Below, one piece after another: positions 10,104 through 18,460 of a stretch of 64,000 bases of DNA. A model generated the notes under the pieces. It saw only the letters and a list, made by a program, of their open reading frames with translations, made no database searches and was not told the origin of the DNA. How positions within the stretch are numbered: the first letter of the stretch is position 1; each line of letters begins with the position of its first letter. The translations under genes and the position numbers were made by a program. The stretch comes from a candidate division FCPU426 bacterium (GTDB taxonomy: Bacteria; Oederibacteriota; Muellerivitia; Muellerivitales; Muellerivitaceae), in NCBI GenBank assembly GCA_963771075.1, contig CAVYSE010000008.1, positions 34,317-98,316 on the forward strand, in the 5' to 3' direction.

Positions 10104-10382
10104 TCAGTGATAATCGACTATCTCAACGTTTATGGCTTCGCCCTCGTGCCAAGTAAAACAAATTCTCCATTGGTCGTTGACGCGGATGCTGTGCTGGCCT
10201 TTTCGATCGCCTTTCAACGCCTCCAACTGATTACCCGGCGGCACCCGTAAATCTTCGAGTCTTTTCGCGGCGTTCAAGTAGAGAAGTTTCCTCCGGGCCA
10301 CGCGTTCAATATTCCTAAAACGCGGAACAACATTGTCCAGAAAAAGGGATTCAACCTCTTTATCTCGAAAAGTTCGAATCAT
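10104..10382 (-). CDS. higB: HigB (RelE/ParE family) toxin
   Basis: MIRTF...PPGNQLEALKGDRKGQHSIRVNDQWRICF...VEIVDYH; lies upstream of higA. Confidence 0.92.
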   Translation of the reverse strand: MIRTFRDKEVESLFLDNVVPRFRNIERVARRKLLYLNAAKRLEDLRVPPGNQLEALKGDRKGQHSIRVNDQWRICFTWHEGEAINVEIVDYH

Positions 10383-10412
10383 AAGTTATGCTATTACGAG
10401 GTGCGTAATAGG

Positions 10413-11228
10413 TCAAGTGAAATTGACAAAATGTCGCGAAAAGAAGGGGTTGCACACCATCCTTTTTGGGAGGGCCATGTGCAGGAAATTCGAATAATCT
10501 GTTTCTTTTAATATATAAAATACATTGTCAAAAGTTTTTTTCTCTCGATTAAACGGCTTACAAATCATTTCCGACCCACGAATATCAATGATCATCGTTT
10601 CTGTTTTGCCCATAATTACCGAATGATTCGTTTCGTGTGCCGCAATGTTTTGCCCATACAAACTGAATAGAGAAGGACAAACATATAAACTCCAAAAAGC
10701 TAAATAGAACGCACGGCCAAATTTATTAATAAACCAGTATTCAAAATCCGAATGAATAATGCTTGGGGACGGTTTTTCAGCTCTGGACCAAATTTTATTA
10801 TGTCTTTCCCAGTAAGGAAGACCCGTACTTTTATAACGAAATGCTGGTAATAAAAACTCGATCGATAAAAAACCCAAAAAAATCAGTAAATAAACCTTCC
10901 AATTTTCCCATCCAAAAACCAATGTACATATAAAAAACAAAGGAAGACAAACGCCCCAAATCAAAAACCCTTTTCTCACCCTCGTATCTTTTCTTGGGAA
11001 ATACATAAATACATAATTCAATGCAAAAACCACAAAAACAATAACTCCCAAAATCGGGTTAGCAATTGTTAAAAGGGATGAAAAATCAAACTCAACGCAG
11101 TTTGCCGGAATGCGGTAATTAGAAAAATAACCAGACTTATATCCAAAAGCACATAAATAAAATAAAGCGGAGATGTAAATTACAAAAAGGCCCTTATCAA
11201 AATTTAGACTTTTATTTTCGTCGGCCAA
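10413..11228 (-). CDS. AT-rich multi-pass membrane protein whose C-terminus runs into the 37-bp element
   Basis: Several hydrophobic helices; the last residues (LHMALPKRMVCN) are encoded by the 37-mer. Confidence 0.6.
   Translation of the reverse strand: MADENKSLNFDKGLFVIYISALFYLCAFGYKSGYFSNYRIPANCVEFDFSSLLTIANPILGVIVFVVFALNYVFMYFPRKDTRVRKGFLIWGVCLPLFFICTLVFGWENWKVYLLIFLGFLSIEFLLPAFRYKSTGLPYWERHNKIWSRAEKPSPSIIHSDFEYWFINKFGRAFYLAFWSLYVCPSLFSLYGQNIAAHETNHSVIMGKTETMIIDIRGSEMICKPFNREKKTFDNVFYILKETDYSNFLHMALPKRMVCNPFFSRHFVNFT
10449..10485. repeat. 37-bp junction hairpin element, copy 2
   Basis: Identical to 7890-7926. Confidence 0.9.
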
Positions 11229-11258
11229 TTTTCAAGCCTTTCTCTTCAGTAAAAGTCT

Positions 11259-12134
11259 CTATTTTAATAAATCATTAAGAACGTACGCCAACCGGAGCCC
11301 CGCCTTCTCGAGTTGTTGGTCCACGATGGGGCGCATTTTATCAAAGTAATTACTCGGGAGGGGGTTAACGGTGTAGTCCTGGGTCCCGGGGCTCATACCC
11401 GGGTAAATCTTCGTTTTGGCGATCATGTAACTCTCAAAAGCCCAATTCTTTTCATTCCCCTTGGTCCAGGCGGCCGCTTGGTCCTTGGGGATCGCATTTT
11501 CAAGGGTGGTGGCCAGCTCCCGGGGATCCTCCCCGGTCTTTGTCTCAATAAGGTGGTCCCAGAGGGCGTGTAGTTTGATTTTAGCCCCGTGGCCCGGCTT
11601 CCCTGGGGCCTTGAAACGAACAAGCTTTTCATTTCCCCCGCGGTCGCTATCGTCCGCGCAATGAAGGGGCTGATGGAGGTCGCCCATGAAATGGACGACG
11701 AATTTAAGGGCCTCTAAACGCTTGGACTTGGGTTGGGATTCATCCCCGAGGATCCCTTGGTTAATTTGGAGCTGGTTTATGACGCAATCATTATTGGGGC
11801 AATAGGCCTGCTCGTCCTTGACCGTGAGCTCTTTCCGGATGGGAAGGTCGATGAAATGCCACGGGGCGGTTTCCGGGCGCCCAAACTGTCTAACATGGTC
11901 GGCCCAATTGGAAATGGTGGCCAGGTCGTCCCCCTGGTCCAGAAGGGTTGTTATTTTCGCTTTGGCGGCCGGGGAGAGGTTGTCCTGGGCGATATAAGCG
12001 ACTGTTTCGTGCCCAACCGGACCCCATGCGGCGGCCGGCATTGCCGGCAGAAAAGCAAAAAGTAGGGGTAGAAGGATACCCGATCGAGGGGTGATCGCCT
12101 TAAAGAAAGGCCTCTGGATGAAAAAATTCTTCAT
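11259..12134 (-). CDS. Secreted S1/P1 nuclease
   Basis: Signal peptide, then WGPVGH, WADH, WHFID, HFMGDLHQPLH, LHALWD and QLEKAGLRLA. Confidence 0.92.
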   Translation of the reverse strand: MKNFFIQRPFFKAITPRSGILLPLLFAFLPAMPAAAWGPVGHETVAYIAQDNLSPAAKAKITTLLDQGDDLATISNWADHVRQFGRPETAPWHFIDLPIRKELTVKDEQAYCPNNDCVINQLQINQGILGDESQPKSKRLEALKFVVHFMGDLHQPLHCADDSDRGGNEKLVRFKAPGKPGHGAKIKLHALWDHLIETKTGEDPRELATTLENAIPKDQAAAWTKGNEKNWAFESYMIAKTKIYPGMSPGTQDYTVNPLPSNYFDKMRPIVDQQLEKAGLRLAYVLNDLLK

Positions 12135-12481
12135 TTTTCATACTCAATTCTCAACTCTTGAAAGTAATCCAGAATCCGCCGTTTGATAAGGTTGATTTCA
12201 ACGTCCTTCAGTTCCCTGCCCAAAAGGCTGACGACTTCCAATCTGGCGTCCCGAAAGACCATATTGAAAGCTAGTTCAAACCATTCGGTTTGTTCTGCGG
12301 GGGTAAGGTCTTGGTATGGTTTGTGGAGACGTTTGGGCCAAGGATAATCCATGAGCAGTTCCGGGCCCAGGAAGCCGTTCATAAAATGAGCAATCCGCTC
12401 AATGTCGGATTTCTTTTTCCCTTTTGGGTTGTACGGAGCGGGTATTTCTGACACAAAAACTCCTTCAAATATCTTCGACAA
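12131..12481 (-). CDS. Hypothetical protein
   Basis: 116-aa ORF translationally coupled (ATGA) to the S1/P1 gene. Confidence 0.55.
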   Translation of the reverse strand: MSKIFEGVFVSEIPAPYNPKGKKKSDIERIAHFMNGFLGPELLMDYPWPKRLHKPYQDLTPAEQTEWFELAFNMVFRDARLEVVSLLGRELKDVEINLIKRRILDYFQELRIEYEK

Positions 12482-12743
12482 TTTCCCAACGGCTCACCTT
12501 TGAAGAGGGTTCTGGTTCGTGGAAACCCAACCCTTTACACCTGGGGCAATCCCTACCTTCGCGGTCCCGCCCGGATCCCCCACAAACCCGGCAGGAGTCG
12601 AACCAAACAGGTTGTTTCCCGGCTCCATTGCAATCCCCGCATGGGAATTTTCCGGAGTAAAAGATTCCTTCCAGCCAAAAGCCAGGCTCGCCCGGTTCGT
12701 CCCCCAACCCTCCGCAATGGTCGCAATCAACTTCGCCCCACAT
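12465..12743 (-). CDS. DnaJ-type CxxCxGxG zinc-finger protein, paralog of 40960-41250
   Basis: Four CxxCxGxG repeats; shares GFHEP.PS..VSRWE.V.D with 40960-41250. Confidence 0.65.
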   Translation of the reverse strand: MWGEVDCDHCGGLGDEPGEPGFWLEGIFYSGKFPCGDCNGAGKQPVWFDSCRVCGGSGRDREGRDCPRCKGLGFHEPEPSSKVSRWEIVEDI

Positions 12744-13092
12744 TAGGTCGAAAGGTACTGTTGACCAGGCCCCGACCAATGGAGCGGTGTGTATTTCATC
12801 AATGACATGACCTAGTAACTGTTGACGACCAGTAATCTTGGTTGGGATGGGTGTTTGGGTCGCATTTGAAACGGTTGCCTGGGGTGTCACCTGAATCGTT
12901 GGGGTTTGGGCGGATGAAAAAGAAGGAATCCCGGCCCAAATGGTAAAAAGAAGGGGTACGAGGCATCTGCGTCGAGGCTTCAAGCCGAGATGCGAGGTTT
13001 GATTGTATTGGAGCCCGAACAAGGCTCCAATGACAAGACATAGAGTAGAGATCGGGGGAAAGAGGGGCCGTAGTGTGAAAGAAAATTTCATA

Positions 13093-15156
13093 TTAGTCGA
13101 CCAAATATCTATCTTTAAGGTATTCAACCCATTTCTCATATTTAGCATCTTTAGATTTCTTCCCCAAAGCATTGAAGAATTTTTCATACGTTATATCCAC
13201 AAATTTCTTGTCGCTGGGTTGTTTCAATAATTTCGAGTATTTAAAACCGACTTTTGTAAATTGGGAATTGCCTTCGGGGTAAATAAGTATAAGAGTTGAA
13301 TGTTTATAAACCCCGGAATCCGCAAGAAGAACACTTTCCCCCAAAATTTGGTTTCTCCAAATCTGGCGCAAGTCATCGCTTTTTAACAAATCCAGGGGGC
13401 CATCAATATAGATAGCCGATTTACTGGTAACTTTCCAATACCTGGAACTGGGGTTGTTGACCTCTTTTTCTTCCTTAGAACCCTCTTTTAACGGGGTATC
13501 TCCCTCCGTGTATTTCATCTCAATGCCAATCAACCCCCTTTTCCCATCCGTGTTCAAATAATCAATAAAGACATCAAAAGCCGTTTTGTCATTCAGGTGC
13601 TTTTCGGGGGGGCCGGGGGCGTATTCGATCCTAATCTCATTTACCTTGTCGATGATATTCCCCACAAAATGATTCAGCGTTTCTTTTGCGTAATCCTTGT
13701 CCTTCATCAAGGGGGCAAAAAAATTGAAAGGAATGTGTTCGCTTCGGAGCATATCCGCATAAACATTTTTGCTGTAATCATGGGCCTTTTTAACTTCTTC
13801 AAAGATCCCCAGCCCCTTATAAAAATTGGCTCCTTTTTCAGCGTCTGCCTTTGCCAACCATGATCCGTAGGTTTCATATCCAGCTTTTAGAACAGAACAC
13901 CGGTATTTGGACTGATGGAGCCGGGCTTTGGCTTTAAACGGGCTGTCGGGGGGGTATTGGGGGCCAAGGTCTTGGTTCTCCAAGTTTGTGCTATCTAATA
14001 CGTTATCAGAAACAGGTTTCCAACCTTTTAAAAGCCCAATAAAAGAAATCCATTTATACGGATTTTTAACGTGGAAAATATAATGTTTTGCTTCATCCCT
14101 TACAAATATCTCGGTCGAATCGAGAAACATCCTGCTGTACGAAACCCGTCCTAGTAAAATACTTTTTTTCGAGCCTTCTATCTCAAATATGATTCTTTTG
14201 GTTGATAAAATAACAACTCCTTCACCTAATAGTTTAATTTCTGAATTATTAAAGTATTCCCCAGCTTCAATCCTAACGGATTTTTCTTTTTCCTTATCTT
14301 TTAAAGTTCCTGAATTAGGGTAAAAGACTTCATAAAAATTTGTGTTTTCAACAAAACAACCATCCTCTCCTTCAACAAGAAAATCTTTAAGCGAAGGAAT
14401 GACAGGAATTTCACCTCTCAATATGCCTTCTTTTAGAATATCCATTTCGGCCACATTTTCAGCCAATTTTGATCTGAATTTCTCAAGGTCGGAAACCCCG
14501 AGTTTTTTTCCGTCAATAAAAAGACTTTCGTCTTCATCATCTTCTATTGTCACATCTATAATTTTGGAATCTTCGTCCGAAATCCTCCCATAACCTTCAC
14601 CAAATTCGTCTTCGTCCAAAGATTCAGAAAAAAGCGTAATGCAGCCATGCCATAAATAAGGATTTCCAACCACAAAATAGGAAATTATGTTAGTTCTGTC
14701 ATTGATGATACCTATGGCATTGGGGTAAAGATTTACAGAGCTAATATCTTTAAGAAAAATCTTCCGGCTTTCCAAACGTCCAACAAATACTAGTCTTTGG
14801 TTGGTAAGGGTTAATGTTCCATGCTCTATGTCTTTGAGGCTTTGGTAAGAAGAAGATTCACTACCACCAACATATAAACCTTTCATAACTCTTACACCAA
14901 CACCACTAGAGACGCGGGTTGATCTTGATTCTTTTAATAAACAAGAATCAAAAAGCCAGGGCATTTCCGCGCTTTTTAATATCACTGGTGTGCGGGGTCG
15001 TTCAATAGGCTCATGCTTTATGAGTTTTTCAACAAAAGCCTTTGCTTCATTCATCAAAATTTCACGATTTTGATTATTGGCTTTGTATTTACGAGAATTT
15101 TTGACTAAAAAAAACACAACGGCCCCAACAAATATTAAACAGATGATAATTTCCAT
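13093..15156 (-). CDS. Membrane-anchored protein with two PH-like segments and a C-terminal PD-(D/E)XK nuclease (PGN_0703-like)
   Basis: N-terminal TM; GTLTLTNQRLVF and GVVILSTKRIIF; MLRSEHIPFNFFAPL, DKTAFDVFI and IGIEMKYTE. Confidence 0.7.
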   Translation of the reverse strand: MEIIICLIFVGAVVFFLVKNSRKYKANNQNREILMNEAKAFVEKLIKHEPIERPRTPVILKSAEMPWLFDSCLLKESRSTRVSSGVGVRVMKGLYVGGSESSSYQSLKDIEHGTLTLTNQRLVFVGRLESRKIFLKDISSVNLYPNAIGIINDRTNIISYFVVGNPYLWHGCITLFSESLDEDEFGEGYGRISDEDSKIIDVTIEDDEDESLFIDGKKLGVSDLEKFRSKLAENVAEMDILKEGILRGEIPVIPSLKDFLVEGEDGCFVENTNFYEVFYPNSGTLKDKEKEKSVRIEAGEYFNNSEIKLLGEGVVILSTKRIIFEIEGSKKSILLGRVSYSRMFLDSTEIFVRDEAKHYIFHVKNPYKWISFIGLLKGWKPVSDNVLDSTNLENQDLGPQYPPDSPFKAKARLHQSKYRCSVLKAGYETYGSWLAKADAEKGANFYKGLGIFEEVKKAHDYSKNVYADMLRSEHIPFNFFAPLMKDKDYAKETLNHFVGNIIDKVNEIRIEYAPGPPEKHLNDKTAFDVFIDYLNTDGKRGLIGIEMKYTEGDTPLKEGSKEEKEVNNPSSRYWKVTSKSAIYIDGPLDLLKSDDLRQIWRNQILGESVLLADSGVYKHSTLILIYPEGNSQFTKVGFKYSKLLKQPSDKKFVDITYEKFFNALGKKSKDAKYEKWVEYLKDRYLVD

Positions 15157-15571
15157 GATCGTTCCTTAGTGAACGCCTTAAAGGGATAAACCCCAATCCC
15201 TCAAAATTGGCTACATTATACGCTTCCAATTAACCGTCGGATAAACCAGCGAAAAGGCCAAAAGCAGGGGTACAAGTATGCCCGGCAGGTGGATGATCTT
15301 CAAAATGCGGAGCCGATAGTGTCCCCTCCATCGAGGCCATTTATCTGCCCTCACTTTCATGGTGAGGGGCAACGGTAGATAATGCCAACTCAATAAGAGT
15401 TGGTACAAGCCGAGAATGCGAGCATTGGGTGTCCCGATTTTTGTTAGAAGGCTTTTAGGTAATCGGGACAATACCGACATCCCTGAAAGCTCATTAAATG
15501 GTCGGCATGTGCCGATTCCTACTAAGAATCGGCGGGGAAAGTTTTTTCAATTTTTGCTCGCGAACTGTCAT

Positions 15572-16276
15572 TTAAAATGATTTAAAGAAGAATTTTATTA
15601 TCCCCAAAATGATCATCAGCCAACCTAATAGTTTTTGGTATTTCATCAGATTGGCAGGTCCCCAAAAAGTGAAGTAACTACCAAATCCCACATAAATCAG
15701 AGCGTAGAAAAGCCTTCCTAAGCTGGTTCCCCTGCCAAAAATAATAAAAAGAGCCCCAAGACCTATACCGATCAAACACAAGAAAAACGCAGGGAGGGGA
15801 TTAGTCCAATTAATTTTACGTTCAATCCTTTTTGTGACCGAAGGGCTCACTTTTTTTACAAACGTCTCCACGATTTCATCCATGTTTTCGTAACCATCCA
15901 CGACAAAATTCTTGCCGTTGGCCTTAAAGGAGATAGCTAGTGGGTTTGTACGAATGGTCATTTGGGTGATGTCGGAGAATAGTATTTTCAAGGGCTGATC
16001 GTTTGAAGTGAATAGGATTTCTTCCGTTGAAATCTCCAATTTTCGGGAGCGGAGGTTTTTTGAGCTGTACTTCCAAGTAAAAAATATAGACCCACCCATC
16101 ATTAGAAAAGTGCCTGTAATTATTATGAGGAACTCTCCCAGGGATCCCCCATGGGCAAGCATGATTGGGAAATAAAGGGCGAAGATTCCCAAAAACAAAC
16201 AAAAACTCGTGATAACGGCTATTCCTAAAGTCATCGCTCTCTTTTGGATTGTCTGTTCAGAAAAGGGATAAATCAT
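15572..16276 (-). CDS. Membrane protein, hypothetical
   Basis: 234 aa with about five TM segments around a small soluble domain. Confidence 0.65.
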   Translation of the reverse strand: MIYPFSEQTIQKRAMTLGIAVITSFCLFLGIFALYFPIMLAHGGSLGEFLIIITGTFLMMGGSIFFTWKYSSKNLRSRKLEISTEEILFTSNDQPLKILFSDITQMTIRTNPLAISFKANGKNFVVDGYENMDEIVETFVKKVSPSVTKRIERKINWTNPLPAFFLCLIGIGLGALFIIFGRGTSLGRLFYALIYVGFGSYFTFWGPANLMKYQKLLGWLMIILGIIKFFFKSF

Positions 16277-16469
16277 GTTGGGCTCCTAAATTAACCGAAT
16301 AAAATAATACCCTTCCCCACGGACATGGGGTACTGATGGGGGTCACTCTAGAAAACCTTTTAATTGCTGAATTATCAGGCGGTTGGGGAGAAGTTGTCGT
16401 GCGACCTGGGGCGAAAACACTATTTGAGCCCCTCGGATTGGCCGTGCCGGTTCCGTAAGAGAACCGGCG

Positions 16470-16615
16470 TCGATATAGGCGACGGTTTCATGGCCAACGG
16501 GGCCCCAAGCGGCCACGGGCCGCGCGACCCAGAAAGCAAAAAACAGGGGTACAAGGATGCCTGATAGGTGGGTGATCTTTGAAATGAGGGGCCGTAGCGT
16601 GGAAGGAATTTTCAC
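16470..16615 (-). pseudogene. 5' fragment of an S1/P1 nuclease gene (leader + WGPVGHETVAYI)
   Basis: Matches the N-terminus of 11259-12134, then diverges. Confidence 0.75.
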
Positions 16616-17390
16616 TTTTTTAATTTATCAATTGCCGGTTGTAAAACATCGTAGAAAATCTTCATTTTCTCGACAGCCCAAACCTTCAATTCTTCAGTAA
16701 TATTCTCATCGTATTCTTTAGATATATAAATCCTAGCCCAGGTTTGGCGGTATTCTTTTTCCACTGTTATAGATTCCCCTAATTTTCGTTCAAGATCATC
16801 CTTTTGGGAAAGAATAGAATCGATCGCTCTAAGATTAGTGTCTCTATTGTTTGATTCAAAATGCAGTTCTACACCTAAACACATTGGCCTCCGATGAAAT
16901 ACCCATTCAAAGTGAATACTTTTAGTATTTCCGACCTGGAAGTAATTCCCACCCCATGTTTCATCCAATTTCAACGAAACAAGAGGTTGAAATTTCAGAG
17001 CCAAATCTTTCCAAAACTTTTTATATTCTTCCTTCCTTAATGATAGGTTGTGCTCGATCTCTTCTTTCTTTTCCGCTTGAATGATGAATTCCTTTGCTTC
17101 GGGTACAGGAATAAGAATATTTGATACTAATGCGATTTTTTGATTATCTAAAACATAAGGCGTTATTTTTACACATCTTATATCAATACCAAATTTCAGT
17201 AGCCACATTACCGAAGCTGTTACTTCTTTGCTGTATTCTCTTGAAACTAAAATAATTCTTGGGCGGCCATTTAATTCTGTAAAATCCGGGTCAACAATGA
17301 AATTTTTTATCTTGTTTCCAGCATCCTCCTCTGAACAACTAATCCCCTTTTTGTTCAAAAAATCTCTGTGGATATTCGAAAGTTGGTCCA
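16612..17390 (-). pseudogene. 3' half of a NucS-like endonuclease/DUF4268 gene
   Basis: RPRIILVSREYSKEV...FW...IHFEW...GVELHF; joins 23392-23718 in frame (NMTMDQL). Confidence 0.8.
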
Positions 17391-17642
17391 TTGGCCATTA
17401 CCCCCTTTGCCCTGGGCAAGGAACTCTGGCGGCTTTATAAGTTCCATCTTTTTTCGGGCCCCGGTCACGACTCCATGCTTCACCTCCTGTTTCCCGGCTT
17501 CATGGGTATGGTTTTCAGTTTCGGGGCCGGGCTTCTGGCCTTACGCTGGCTTTCGAGTTGGTTGGAGAAGGGGAAGTGGAGCTATTTCGGGGTTTATTGC
17601 TTGGGGCTGGCTGCCTTGATTTGGCTCGGGGCCAACCGTTAA
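17391..17642 (+). pseudogene. uppP: C-terminal fragment of undecaprenyl-diphosphatase (BacA/UppP)
   Basis: GMVFSFGAGLLALRWLSSWLEKGKWSYFGVYCLGLA resembles the BacA C-terminal helices; starts at the insertion boundary. Confidence 0.6.
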
Positions 17643-17693
17643 ATTTTCATTTCGTTTACAGTAGCGGCCATCCCCTTCTTTTAGGAGAGAACC

Positions 17694-18041
17694 TTGAAAA
17701 TCACCATTTACCAGAAACCCACCTGCTCCACCTGCCGGGAGGTCTACAAAGCCTTGAAGGAAAGCGGGGTGGATTTCGACTCGGTGAATTACTACCTGGA
17801 TCCCCTCAACCAGTCCCAGATCAAGGGGCTACTCAAAAAGATGGGGATGAAAGCGGCGGATCTTTTGAGAAGAAATGAGGAAATCTACAAAACCCTGAAA
17901 CTATCCGATAAAAATTTGTCTGAGGATCCGGTTGTCGACTTGATGGTGAAATATCCCGACCTGATCCAGCGCCCGATCGTGGAAAAGGGATCGAAGGCGG
18001 TTTTGGCCCGTCCCGCCGAAAGACTCAAAGAAATACTGTAA
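17694..18041 (+). CDS. ArsC/Spx-family thioredoxin-fold protein
   Basis: IYQKPTCSTCR...PDLIQRPIV...RP. Confidence 0.85.
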   Translation: MKITIYQKPTCSTCREVYKALKESGVDFDSVNYYLDPLNQSQIKGLLKKMGMKAADLLRRNEEIYKTLKLSDKNLSEDPVVDLMVKYPDLIQRPIVEKGSKAVLARPAERLKEIL

Positions 18042-18073
18042 TTATTCCTTTTGGCAATCCGTTAATAATTATT

Positions 18074-18460
18074 TCATTTCGATGGAGCGGGGTTTTCCAA
18101 AATATCCCGAATCGTAGCCTTCAATTGGGCCATCGGAACCGGCTTTGACAGGAAGGCACGGATGTTGTAGCCCTTCAGGTGAAAATCGTCCTCCATTCCC
18201 TTGAACGCCGAGACCACGATGATCGGAAGGTCTGGAAATTCGGCCCGCACCTTCGGCACCAATTCAAAGGCGTTCATATCAGGCATCTTGACGTCGGTCA
18301 CCAGCAGGTCCACCTTCTGGTCCTCCAGGGTTCCCAGAACCTGAAGCCCATTCTCAGCCGTGAGCACGTGGTATCCCTCATCGGACAGCTCCTCTAAATA
18401 CAAAAACAGGGAGGCCTTCTCGTCCTCCGCCACCAGCAGGGTGATATCACTTGGCTTCAT
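18074..18460 (-). CDS. Single-domain response regulator
   Basis: LVAEDE, DLLVTDVKMPDM, IIVVSA and FLSKP. Confidence 0.9.
   Translation of the reverse strand: MKPSDITLLVAEDEKASLFLYLEELSDEGYHVLTAENGLQVLGTLEDQKVDLLVTDVKMPDMNAFELVPKVRAEFPDLPIIVVSAFKGMEDDFHLKGYNIRAFLSKPVPMAQLKATIRDILENPAPSK

Noticed and set aside
7890..10485. 37-bp repeats as a CRISPR array
   Set aside because: Only three copies, kilobases apart, with no spacer-sized intervals; kept only as a possible orphan repeat.
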